Below are positions 28,649-42,553 of a stretch of DNA of 64,000 nucleotides, one piece after another. The first letter of the stretch is position 1. Each line of letters starts with the position of its first letter. The notes under the pieces were generated by a model. It was not told where the DNA came from and ran no database searches. It was given only the letters and a program-made list of their open reading frames with translations. Made by a program: the position numbers and the translations under genes. This DNA is from Bryobacterales bacterium (GTDB taxonomy: Bacteria > Acidobacteriota > Terriglobia > Bryobacterales > UBA6623), in contig OY729422.1 of the NCBI GenBank assembly GCA_963422305.1, positions 4,076,696-4,140,695 on the forward strand, in the 5' to 3' direction.

Positions 28649-29319
28649 CAAACACGCTGCACCGCTACGGCAGGGCCGAAAGTTTCGACGATGACTACAT
28701 CGTTTTCTGCATCCCTTCACCCGGACGAAACGACGCAGGCGCCGTTGAAAAACAGAAACAATTCCTGCGCATTTGCTCCAGACACGGCCCTTCTAACATG
28801 GGTAACGGTAACCGCGGCAGCTTCAAGCCAGAACATCACCTGAACCCGACGGCCCACTGGAACCGCGGCGCCGACCCCGACTGGGAAGGCGTCATTGCCG
28901 AAGTCAAGAAGCCTGGCACGGCGGCCGCGGTCTTCGATTCCCAAGAGAAAGCCGAAGCCTGCCTGCGTGAAGTCATCGACGCCGACCTCGGACTCTCGGT
29001 CAACATCAGCGCCTCGGTCGAGGGCGCGCAAGAAGTCGCCGAATGCTGCGGCATCCATCGTCATAGCGTCGAATACTCGCTGGGCTTCGCCGACCCCCAC
29101 GACCACCTGCCGAACTCTCAGATTCTCCAACTCTCGACTATGTGCGGGCACGGTATGGTGTCGTTCAATATGGCTCGCAAAATGTTGGACATGGTTCGGG
29201 AAGGCCGCCGAGCACCCGAGCAAGCCGCCGCTACCCTGGCGCGGTTCTGCCCTTGCGGCGTTTACAACCCCGACCGCGCGAAACGCCTGCTGGAAGAAGC
29301 CCGGCGCCGGATGGCATAG
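28645..29319 (+). CDS. Cys-rich hypothetical protein, translationally coupled to the ferredoxin gene
   Basis: ATG 28645 overlaps the upstream TGA (ATGA). The product is 224 aa, MTNTLHRYGRAESFDDDYIVFCIPS..., with a C-terminal MCGHGMVSF...(32 aa)...FCPCGVYNP motif. Composition is coding-like and I did not recognise a family. Confidence 0.6.
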   Translation: MTNTLHRYGRAESFDDDYIVFCIPSPGRNDAGAVEKQKQFLRICSRHGPSNMGNGNRGSFKPEHHLNPTAHWNRGADPDWEGVIAEVKKPGTAAAVFDSQEKAEACLREVIDADLGLSVNISASVEGAQEVAECCGIHRHSVEYSLGFADPHDHLPNSQILQLSTMCGHGMVSFNMARKMLDMVREGRRAPEQAAATLARFCPCGVYNPDRAKRLLEEARRRMA

Positions 29320-29403
29320 CACCGGACGGCGCGCCGGATTTCCGCCCCGTCTTCAAAAATCGACGCCTGCAATCGCTCCGCGCAGCGCTAAACTGACGGC
29401 ACG

Positions 29404-30891
29404 ATGCAATCTACACGACGAGAATTTCTGACGGCCGCCGGAATTGCCGCTGTTTCCGGAGCATGTCAATCCATTCCGGGTCCGAGAAAGGCCGCGCGTC
29501 CGAACTTTCTGTTTTTCTTCCCCGATCAGCACCGCTCCGACTGGGTCGACTGGAACCCGGCAACACCGGTCCCGACGCCGAACCTGACCACCCTTCACAA
29601 CCACGGCGTCTCTTTCCCTAACGCCGTGGTCGATTCGCCCGTATGCGGACCATCCCGCGCGTGCCTCGCCTCGGGAAGCGTTTACGAGCGCTGCGGCGTG
29701 CGCAACAACAGCGACAACTACCCCGTTGACCGCGTCAGCTACTACAAGGCCCTGCGCAACAGCGGCTATCACGTCATGGGATGCGGCAAGCTCGACCTCC
29801 ACAAAGGCAATTACGAGTGGGGACTCGACGGCCGCGGCAGCATGGAAGCGTGGGGTTTCTCCGACATGATCGACAACGGCGGCAAGGGCGGAGGCGCCGC
29901 CGCGTACAACCGAGACCCCATCGGACCCAAGGACCCCTATTACGATTACCTCGATTCGCTACACCCCCCGCTCGGCAGTCTCTGGGCGAACGAGATCAAG
30001 CGGCTGGGTCGAAAGAAATGGAACCAGATAGTCAACAACCCGGACTACGACCGTCTCTTGAAGGAAGAGACTTGGTGGGGAGAAACCGAACCGGTCCCGC
30101 TGCCGGACGAGGCTTACTGCGATAACTGGATTGCCCGCAACGGTCTGAAACTCCTGGACGGCGCGCCCGAAGGCAAACCGTGGTTCCTGGTTCTCAATTT
30201 CGTCGGACCGCATCCGCCGATGGACATCACTGCGAGCATGGCCGCAAAATACCGCGGCCACGACAGAGTCATCGACAACTTCGAACAGCCTCACGACTAC
30301 AATGGGCCGTTTCCGTCCGAGCAACACATCGCAATTCGGCAAAATTACGCCGCGATGATCGAAAACATCGACCGTTGGCTGGGAGTATTCGTGGAAAAGC
30401 TCAAAGAACGCGGAGAATTCGAAAACACGGTGATCGTTTACTCCAGCGACCACGGTGAGATGCTGGGCGACCACAGCCGCTGGGGTAAATCCTCCCCCTA
30501 TCAGGCTTCGGCCGGAGTGCCGTTGCTGCTCGTCGGTCCCGCAATCCGCCAAGGTCACGAGAGCGGCGCCATGGTCAGCTCTATCGATCTGACCGCCGCC
30601 TTCATGGACATTGGGGAAGCCGGCGCACTCGAATACCAGGACGGTCAATCGCTGCGGCCGATCCTGGAAAACGTGAGCGAAGACCACCGCGAGTTCTCGC
30701 GATCATCGCTGAAAATACGCTCCGGCGTCTGGCGTTTCATTCAGGACCGGCGCTATAAGCTGGTCGAGAATTTCGAAGGGCGAGGCCGCGAGCTTTACGA
30801 CCGCGAAAACGACCCGCTGGAGGACGAAAACATCGCGGATGTCAAACCCGGCGAAGTCGAACGACTCTCGAAACTCTTCGTCGAAGTTTAG
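29404..30891 (+). CDS. Tat-exported sulfatase (formylglycine-dependent, Cys-type)
   Basis: MQSTRREFLTAAGIAAV Tat leader. The FGly motif is SPVCGPSRACLASG (C-x-P-x-R). ...VIVYSSDHGEMLGDH... is also present. Confidence 0.9.
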   Translation: MQSTRREFLTAAGIAAVSGACQSIPGPRKAARPNFLFFFPDQHRSDWVDWNPATPVPTPNLTTLHNHGVSFPNAVVDSPVCGPSRACLASGSVYERCGVRNNSDNYPVDRVSYYKALRNSGYHVMGCGKLDLHKGNYEWGLDGRGSMEAWGFSDMIDNGGKGGGAAAYNRDPIGPKDPYYDYLDSLHPPLGSLWANEIKRLGRKKWNQIVNNPDYDRLLKEETWWGETEPVPLPDEAYCDNWIARNGLKLLDGAPEGKPWFLVLNFVGPHPPMDITASMAAKYRGHDRVIDNFEQPHDYNGPFPSEQHIAIRQNYAAMIENIDRWLGVFVEKLKERGEFENTVIVYSSDHGEMLGDHSRWGKSSPYQASAGVPLLLVGPAIRQGHESGAMVSSIDLTAAFMDIGEAGALEYQDGQSLRPILENVSEDHREFSRSSLKIRSGVWRFIQDRRYKLVENFEGRGRELYDRENDPLEDENIADVKPGEVERLSKLFVEV

Positions 30892-30975
30892 GAGGAATGT
30901 CGAGCTTGTCGAAGCGGGAGAAGACACAACAACGGAAATGGCAATGATGGTCAGATCGGGCGGTATGACGGATTG

Positions 30976-32502
30976 CTAAACGCCGTCCGCGGGCGGCTCC
31001 CAAATAACGATTGGCTTGCGCGCCGCGCGCGTCTCGTCCACTCGACTGGTCCGTGTCGTTTGCGGAGCTTCCAACACCAGTTCCGGAGTGGTCTCCGCCT
31101 CCCGCGCGATCGACTTGAGCGCATCGATGAAAAGATCCAATTCCCCTTTGCTTTCCGTTTCGGTGGGCTCGATCATCAGCGCGCCGTGAACGATCAACGG
31201 AAAGCTCACCGTATACGGATGAAATCCGTAATCGATCAACCTCTTGGCGATATCGCCTGTCTTTACGCCGTATAAACTCTGCTTGCTGTCGCTGAAGACA
31301 CACTCATGCATCGAGGGCGCATCGTACGGGAGATGGTAATCGTTTTCGATCCCTTTGCGGATATAGTTCGCGTTCAGCACGGCATCGAGCGTCGCGTTCC
31401 GCAGGCCGTCGCCACCGTGCGCGAGAATGTAAGCCAGCGCTCGCACAAGCACTCCGAAATTGCCGTAAAACGCGCGCACCCGCCCGATCGAATCGGGGAG
31501 GTCATGGTCGTACCGCAGCATGCCTGCCTCTTCCCGGATCCGCGGGACAGGCAGAAACGGTTCTATATGGCTCTTGACCGCGACCGGACCCGCGCCGGGA
31601 CCGCCTCCCCCGTGTGGAGTCGAAAACGTCTTGTGCAAGTTCAAGTGCATGACGTCGACGCCGAAATCGCCCGGCCGCGCTACCCCGACCAACGCATTCA
31701 TATTGGCGCCGTCCATATAAAGCTGCGCCCCGCGGTCGTGCAACAGCGCGGCGACCCTGGCGATGTCCTGCTCGAAAATCCCGACCGTATTGGGATTCGT
31801 CACCATCAGCGCCGCGACGGAGTCATCGACGGCAGCCTCAAGCGAAGCCATATCGATCATGCCCCGCTCGTTCGAAGCGATTTCCTTGACCTTATAGCCC
31901 GCGGTCGCCGCGGTCGCCGGATTGGTGCCGTGAGCCGAATCCGGAATCAGAACGACTCCACGCGCATCGCCCTTCGACTCCAGATAGGCCCGAATCAGCA
32001 AGATACCCGTCAACTCGCCGTGGGCGCCCGCCGCCGGCTGCAGAGTCACCGCAGCCATGCCGGTGATATTCGAAAGGTAACTTTCCAACACTTGTTGGAT
32101 GCGCATCACGCCCTGTGCCAGCGTCTGCGGCTGGTAGGGATGCGCATCGACAATCCCCTCGATGCGGGCAACCGCCTCGTTCAACCGCGGGTTGTACTTC
32201 ATCGTGCAAGAACCCAACGGGTACAATCCTAGGTCGATTGCGTAATTCCACGTCGAAAGGCGCGTGAAGTGCCGGATAATTTCGACCTCGCTCACTTCGG
32301 GGAAACCGGCGATCTCGCCGCGAACGTTTTCCGCGCCCAGAGCCTCATCCGCATCGACCGGCGGAACATCCAACGGCGGAAGCTGATAGCCGATCTTCCC
32401 GAGCGACGAGCGCTCGAAGATCAAAGGCTCGTTTTGCGTTTGATGCCGGCGGATCTTACTCAATTCAAATTCTCCGAGAGGACGACCCGAAGCAAGCCGC
32501 AT
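30976..32502 (-). CDS. gcvPB: Glycine dehydrogenase (decarboxylating) subunit 2
   Basis: ...NEPLIFERSSLGKIGYQLPPLDVP..., ...HLNLHKTFSTPHGGGGPGAGP (PLP-lysine region). An alternative TTG start at 32463, 2 nt after the gcvPA stop, would remove the 38-nt overlap. Confidence 0.9.
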   Translation of the reverse strand: MRLASGRPLGEFELSKIRRHQTQNEPLIFERSSLGKIGYQLPPLDVPPVDADEALGAENVRGEIAGFPEVSEVEIIRHFTRLSTWNYAIDLGLYPLGSCTMKYNPRLNEAVARIEGIVDAHPYQPQTLAQGVMRIQQVLESYLSNITGMAAVTLQPAAGAHGELTGILLIRAYLESKGDARGVVLIPDSAHGTNPATAATAGYKVKEIASNERGMIDMASLEAAVDDSVAALMVTNPNTVGIFEQDIARVAALLHDRGAQLYMDGANMNALVGVARPGDFGVDVMHLNLHKTFSTPHGGGGPGAGPVAVKSHIEPFLPVPRIREEAGMLRYDHDLPDSIGRVRAFYGNFGVLVRALAYILAHGGDGLRNATLDAVLNANYIRKGIENDYHLPYDAPSMHECVFSDSKQSLYGVKTGDIAKRLIDYGFHPYTVSFPLIVHGALMIEPTETESKGELDLFIDALKSIAREAETTPELVLEAPQTTRTSRVDETRAARKPIVIWEPPADGV

Positions 32503-33811
32503 AGCTATCCATTTCTTCCCGCCGATTGACTTCCGTGGCGCACACCAGCAGCGCCCCGTCCAACTCCGGATACAGCCGCCCTAGTTCCAGCCCGCCAATG
32601 ACATTCTTCTCCAACGCGGCATCGTTGACCCGAGCGCTGTCGCCCAATCCCGGCCGGACGACAAACTCGTTGAAGAACGGACCCGAGAAAACCAACGAGC
32701 CTGCGTTTGCCCGAATGGCATCGGCCAGATAGCGCGCCTTGGCAAGATTCTGCTCGGCTAACTCCCGCAAGCCCTGCTTGCCGAAAACGGTCATATAAAC
32801 CGTCGCCATCAGCGCCACCAATGCCTGATTGGTACAGATGTTCGAGGTCGCCTTGGCCCGCCGAATATGCTGCTCGCGAGTCGCCAAGGTAAGACAGAAT
32901 GCACGATTCCCGTCAGCGTCAACGGTCTGCCCCACCAACCGCCCCGGCATCTGTCGAATATATTTCTTCTTCGTGGCCAGCACTCCGACACAAGGGCCGC
33001 CGTAGCTCGTCGGATGCGCGAACGACTGCAACTCCCCGGCGACGATATCAGCTTCGGCTGTCGGTTCCAGAATCCCCAACGCCGCGGCTTCCGAAAAAAT
33101 CACCAGCAGCAACGCGCCGTAACGGTGAGCCAGTTCCGCAGCTTCGCGGGTTTTATCGATCAGTCCAAAGAAATTCGGCGACTGTACGATCACCGCCGCA
33201 ACTTCATCCGAAAGCTTGCTTTCCAAATCCGTAAGGTCGATCTGTCCTGAATCGCGGTCATAGCGGACAGTCTCGATCGGCAGATCCTGATGGCGGTAAT
33301 AAGTATTCAGCACCTGGCGGTATTCCGGATGCAGTGATCGCGCCGCAAGCAGCCGACCCCGCCGTGTAATCCGCGCCGCCATCATCCCCGCCTCGGGTAC
33401 GGCGGTCGAACCGTCGTACATCGACGCGTTCGCCGTCTCCATGCCCGTTAACTGGGCCACCATCGTCTGAAACTCGAAAATCGTCGTCAGGACGCCCTGG
33501 GAAATCTCAGCCTGATAGGGCGTATACGAAGTCAGAAACTCCCCGCGCGTTGCCAATGCATCAATGACCACCGGTCGAAAATGACGGTAAACCCCGGCGC
33601 CCAAGAACGATGCATACCCTTTTGCGCCTTCCTCGGCCCGCGCCCGAAAATAATCGAGAATCTCGTATTCCGACCGGCCGTTGGGGATAGCGAGCCGCTG
33701 CCGATACCGCAGGCACTCAGGGATGCTCGCAAAAAGATCTTCGATGGACTCGATTCCGAGTGCCGCCAGCATTTCCCGGCGTTCCCCGGGGGATTTCGGC
33801 AAATAGCGCAA
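32465..33811 (-). CDS. gcvPA: Glycine dehydrogenase (decarboxylating) subunit 1
   Basis: MRYLPKSPGERREMLAALGIESIEDLF...FLGAGVYRHF...YTPYQAEISQG, the canonical GcvPA sequence. Confidence 0.9.
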   Translation of the reverse strand: MRYLPKSPGERREMLAALGIESIEDLFASIPECLRYRQRLAIPNGRSEYEILDYFRARAEEGAKGYASFLGAGVYRHFRPVVIDALATRGEFLTSYTPYQAEISQGVLTTIFEFQTMVAQLTGMETANASMYDGSTAVPEAGMMAARITRRGRLLAARSLHPEYRQVLNTYYRHQDLPIETVRYDRDSGQIDLTDLESKLSDEVAAVIVQSPNFFGLIDKTREAAELAHRYGALLLVIFSEAAALGILEPTAEADIVAGELQSFAHPTSYGGPCVGVLATKKKYIRQMPGRLVGQTVDADGNRAFCLTLATREQHIRRAKATSNICTNQALVALMATVYMTVFGKQGLRELAEQNLAKARYLADAIRANAGSLVFSGPFFNEFVVRPGLGDSARVNDAALEKNVIGGLELGRLYPELDGALLVCATEVNRREEMDSYAACFGSSSRRI

Positions 33812-33823
33812 TCGGCGACCCCG

Positions 33824-34210
33824 CTACTCGCCCTCGGCGGCAACGTATTCCGCGTATTGCCCGGCATTCATGAGCGCATCGAGATCCGTCGCATCAAATA
33901 TTTTCAAACGAACCAGCCAACCTTCACCATGCGGGTCGGAATTGAGAAGCTCGGGCCTGTCGATCAGAACTTCGTTTACTTCCGTCACGTCTCCACCGAT
34001 CGGCGCGTAGATATCGGAAACCGCCTTAACCGACTCGACCGTGCCGAATACGCCGTTCGCTTGCAGCTTGGCGCCCACATCCGGCAACTCGACAAAAACG
34101 ACATCGCCGAGTTGATCCTGGGCATGATGCGTAATGCCGACCGTGGCCGACTCGCCGTCGACCTTGACCCATTCGTGCTCTTTCGTGTAACGATATTCCG
34201 AGGGATACAT
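33824..34210 (-). CDS. gcvH: Glycine cleavage system H protein
   Basis: YTKEHEWVKVDG...VGITHHAQDQLGDVVFVELP...VESVKAVSDIYAP (lipoyl-lysine motif ESVK). The start is at MYPSEYRY (34210). Confidence 0.9.
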   Translation of the reverse strand: MYPSEYRYTKEHEWVKVDGESATVGITHHAQDQLGDVVFVELPDVGAKLQANGVFGTVESVKAVSDIYAPIGGDVTEVNEVLIDRPELLNSDPHGEGWLVRLKIFDATDLDALMNAGQYAEYVAAEGE

Positions 34211-34218
34211 GATTGCGT

Positions 34219-35331
34219 TTAGTTCCTGCGTGAATAAAACGGCGTGGAGACGATTTCCGCTTCGACCATGCGGCTGCGCACCGCGATCTCGACCGGCCGC
34301 CCTGTCCTTGCCGATTCGATCGGCAACATGCACATTCCAATATTCTTCTCCAGCGAAGGCGCCGGACACCCGCTCGTTACCCAGCCTGTATCTTCGCCGT
34401 CGACGTGAACCCGATAGTTGTCGCGCGCGATGCCGCGGCCTCTCATTTCAAAGCCGACCACTTTGCGCCTGACACCCTCGTCCTTCTGTGCGGCCAGTAC
34501 GCCGCGCCCGGTGAATGCCGGTTTTTTGAGCTTCACGATCCAGCCAAGCCCCGCTTCGTAGGGCGTAATTCGATCGTCGATCTCATGCCCATAAAGTGAC
34601 ATCGAAGCCTCGATCCGCAACGTGTTGCGCGCTCCCAAACCGCAAGGCAGGATTCCGTATTCCTCGCCTGCCGCCAAGACCGCGCTCCAAACGCGCTTGC
34701 CCTCGCCTGGAGCGATATAGACCTCTAAGCCGTCCTCTCCCGTGTATCCGGTCCGCGCGATGATCGCCGGAGCGCCCGCGAACTCATGACGAGTGAACCA
34801 GTAGTAGCGAATCGCCGACAGATCGGCCGGCGTCAGTGCCTGGACCGCGTCCAAAGCTTTCGGTCCCTGAATCGCCAACTGCGCGTAATTCGCGCTGACC
34901 AATTTCACATCGGCTTCGAACATGTTTTGCCCGCGAATCCACTCGAAATCCTTGTCCTGGTTCGAAGCATTCACGCAAAGAAAATAATGGTCAGCGGAAA
35001 ACCGATGGACCAGCAGGTCATCCACGAACCCGCCGTTGGGGTACAACAATCCCGAATACTGCGCTTGGCCGTCTTGCAGAGCGGCTGCCTGATTCGAGCA
35101 GAGCGAGTCGATCAAATCGACAGCCTGCGGCCCCCGAATCTCGATCTCGCCCATGTGGCTAACATCGAAAAGGCCGACCCGATTGCGTACCGCGAGGTGC
35201 TCGGCGACGATGCCTGAGTATTCAACGGGCATATCCCACCCACCGAAATCGACCATTCGCGCGCCGGAATTTCGATGAACCTTATTCAGAGGGGTCTTCT
35301 TGAGCGTGTCGAGAGCGACGGAGCCAGCCAT
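34219..35331 (-). CDS. gcvT: Aminomethyltransferase (glycine cleavage T protein)
   Basis: [58 protein letters not shown], the canonical GcvT sequence. Confidence 0.9.
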   Translation of the reverse strand: MAGSVALDTLKKTPLNKVHRNSGARMVDFGGWDMPVEYSGIVAEHLAVRNRVGLFDVSHMGEIEIRGPQAVDLIDSLCSNQAAALQDGQAQYSGLLYPNGGFVDDLLVHRFSADHYFLCVNASNQDKDFEWIRGQNMFEADVKLVSANYAQLAIQGPKALDAVQALTPADLSAIRYYWFTRHEFAGAPAIIARTGYTGEDGLEVYIAPGEGKRVWSAVLAAGEEYGILPCGLGARNTLRIEASMSLYGHEIDDRITPYEAGLGWIVKLKKPAFTGRGVLAAQKDEGVRRKVVGFEMRGRGIARDNYRVHVDGEDTGWVTSGCPAPSLEKNIGMCMLPIESARTGRPVEIAVRSRMVEAEIVSTPFYSRRN

Positions 35332-35866
35332 ACCGACCGTTTCACCGGTAAAAAACCGGAAGCTCCCAAGCTACCACCGCTCCAAACAGAGTGTCAACGA
35401 AACAGCCGGCTGCTGCGGGTTTCATCCCGGCGGGAAACATCCGAGATACGGCTTCAGGCGGCTTTGTTATGGTGAGAATCAAGAGTGCTGTCGCAAAGCC
35501 GCGCACTCCGAACGGCAACCGACGATGCCTGCGTACCATCGAAAAAGTAATCCAGAAATACCGAAGCGACAGTCCTGTGCAACGAATCGCTGTGAGAACA
35601 GCGACACCGTTCCCATTTGGAATCCCGACCGGCTTTACTTGATCGAGTGCCGCTTTTCGCTGACGCGAGCAACCGATTCCATACTACTCGACGTGGTCGA
35701 GACAGCGGCTCTGCCTAGGCTGGCGCGCACTCCTCTCATGCCTCATCCTTAAGCTTGATCCTTCCGCCGGAACTGTAGATATGCGGCCGCTCCGGCGCGC
35801 GGATTGAGCGTCCTGCCCTGCGCGGGTGGGACCGGGACGCGCGAAATGGACAAAAAGGGGAGGAAT

Positions 35867-38149
35867 ATGTTTTTACATCGATTTTATTGCCATTTAATGC
35901 TTTTCCTAATGCCTTTGTAACGCCGCTGCTCATTTGAAGGTCGTTGTCGTAGACCCTAGGGGAGACCGCATACCCGGTGCTTCAGTCGTTTTACAAACCA
36001 GCACGGGCCGCGATCTCGATCGCGGGGAAACCGACGCTTCGGGGGGAAATCATCTTCGATGGGTCCGGGGAATGTATCCAGGTTTCCGCAGAGGGCTTCG
36101 AGCAGACTAGGGAAAACGTGCGCGGCCGGTCGGAACTGGACATCGCGGTTCGCCTCGCAACGGTGGCGACCACGGTCGATGTCTCGTCCACACGAATCCC
36201 GAGCGTTGCTTTCGTCGAATCGGACTCCGCAGAACTTGCGGAGCTGCCTTCCATGGGGCTGGTCGAAAACCTCCGTGCGATCCCCGGCGTTAACGCCACC
36301 CGCCGCGGCGGAGCGAACATCGAGCCGGTCGTTCAAGGTTTGCGGGAAACGCAATTGGCCGTGGTCGTCGACGGCGCTCGAACATTCGTCGCAGGGCCGG
36401 CGCGCATGGACTCCGGACTCAGCCACGTCGAGCCGGGTCACGTTGATAGAGTGGAAATCGTCACCGGCCCCTATGCGCTGACCTAACCCGCCGGCGCATT
36501 CGGAGCGATCATCGTACGTTCGCCCCAAGTCCCGCGCTTCGAAACCTGGAAACTCGGCGCAGACATGAGCGCCGGTTGGCGCTCGAACGGTTCCGGCCGC
36601 TTGGTCCGCATCCGCATTTTTAGCAGCGCCCGCAAGGTAGACTTCAGTCTCAGTACCGCGGGCAACAAAGGCAACGATTACCAAGCCGGCAGCCGCGGCC
36701 CCATCGACGACCTCGCCATCCCCGGCGATTACAGCAATCACCAGATCGGCGGGAAGCTGCGTTTCAAACCGGCGGACAATCAAGAGATCGCACTGAGCGG
36801 CTTCTACGATGAGCAAACCGGCATCGACTATCCCGGACGGCTGCTCAACGCAGAGCACTTTATCCTTCGCTCTTGGAACGGCGGTTACTACATCTCTAAC
36901 CCGTCCGATCTCATTTCATCCATAAATTTCAACTTCTATCTGAACGGAAAAAGCCACCGGATGAGAAATACGGAGAAACCGACGGCGCGCGACATGCCCG
37001 GACGCCGGCCGCCGTTCGCGTTCGAAGTGTCATTGCCCACCGAATCCGACACGTTCGGCGGCGCCGGAAGGATTGAATTAGACCCCGACGAGACTGTTCA
37101 AGTCTGCGCGGGCTTCGACTTCTATAACCTCAAGCAAGACGCCCAATGTTTCGTATCGCGGCAGAGCAACGGCTTTCTGATCTTCAACGATGTAGTCTGG
37201 CCCGAAGCGACGATCAAGGGATTTACGCACAGGTGAGGAAACACTCCGGCCGCAGCGAGATCAATGCTGCATTCCGCGTCGATTGCGTGCAGGCCAACGC
37301 AGAAAGGCCAACCGAATTTTTCATGCGGAACGCCGGAACGGATATCGACCGGAACGAAACCAACGCCAATTTCAGTCTCTCAGAACGCTACCGCATCGCG
37401 GAAGGTTTCTCGCTCTCCGCCGGACTCGGCCGAGTGGTTCGCACGGTCAACAGTCTCGAACGTTTTTCGGATCGGTTCCCTAGCAGCCGCTTCCAGATCG
37501 CTGCCGAGTTCATGGGTTCGCCAGCCATTAAGCCCGAAGCGAACCTGCAAAGCGACATCGATCCGGAGATCACAACCAGCGGTTTTCAATTCAGCATTGG
37601 AGGCTATCTGCGGCGGGTAGACGACTACATAACAGTGCGCGCCGGCCCGAGTTTGCCGAAGCGTCTCCCGCTAAGCCCTCCCGTCGTATTCCGTTATCTC
37701 AACGGAGACTACGCGGCCTTCAGGGGTTACCGGTCGCTGCGCGTTATCGAGCCGCCTGCGTTCTGGAGCTGCGCTTTCAAGGCGCGAAGACCATCGCCGA
37801 CGACAACACTTTATACGAACCGGTGCTGGGAATCGCCCCACTCGAATTGGATTCGGGACTGCGCTACGTGCTGCCGTCCAGACGTTTCTGGACGGACTAT
37901 TCGATGCGCAACGTCTTCGACCAGAAACGTGTTTCAGAGGCGCGTCTGGGGACTCCCTCGCCAGGTTTCTCGACGCACGACATACGATTCGGGACGCGGC
38001 TCACGCAACGAATCGACTTCCACATCGGCATCGAAAACATCGGCGACAAACGCTATTTCGAACACATCAATGCGTTAAATCCGTTCACCACACAAAGAAT
38101 CCCCGAACAGGGACGGTCGTTCTACGCCGGACTCATCGTCAAGTGGTGA
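35867..38149 (+). pseudogene. TonB-dependent receptor (CarboxypepD_reg + plug + barrel), disrupted by 4 frame changes and 1 in-frame TAA
   Basis: Pieces lie in three frames: a signal-like start after GGAGG (ATG 35867), a VVVVDPRGDRIPGASVVL CarboxypepD_reg segment, a plug (RAIPGVNATRRGGANIEPVVQGLRE...VEIVTGPYALT*), barrel fragments, and a terminal ...SFYAGLIVKW. Details are in the findings. Confidence 0.75.
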
Positions 38150-38221
38150 GCGCATCCCAAAACGGAAAACCAAGGCTCGTCTTTCCTGCCGCGCCCTGAC
38201 GGGATGCGATGCAGCACCGGG

Positions 38222-42442
<4,221 letters not shown>

Positions 42443-42553
42443 TGCATCCTCCGTAAGCTGGTTGCGCGGCCAAGCCGACTGTGCAGGCAATAAGCGCGGC
42501 CGCTGATTCTTCCCTGTCCCGCTTGCGACGGCGGGGACCAAAACCCTCTGCGA

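Noticed and set aside
35420-35620. Cobalamin riboswitch on the plus strand upstream of the TonB receptor (GGTGAGAATC, GCTGTCGCAA resemble the GGUGnGAAnCC / CCCGCnACUGU elements)
   Set aside because: The spacing between the GGGAA and GGUG elements is ~40 nt instead of a few nt. No B12 box (AGYCMGGAGACCKGCC) is present. The element would lie ~370 nt from the start codon. The match looks fortuitous.
35332-35700. Canonical (tandem) glycine riboswitch on the minus strand upstream of gcvT
   Set aside because: I looked for GGAGAG...ACCGAAGGGGCAA...CUCUCAGGCAAAAGGAC-type cores. I found only weak partial resemblances (UGGA boxes, CACAGGACUG). The conserved CCGAAGG core is absent, so I do not call it. 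It is kept only as an open question in the findings.
42443-42541. 33-codon N-terminal extension of rpoC from TTG 42541
   Set aside because: The extension ([33 protein letters not shown]) is non-conserved-looking. A TTG with a GGAGG box 5 nt upstream at 42442 gives the canonical beta' N-terminus spacing before [12 protein letters not shown].
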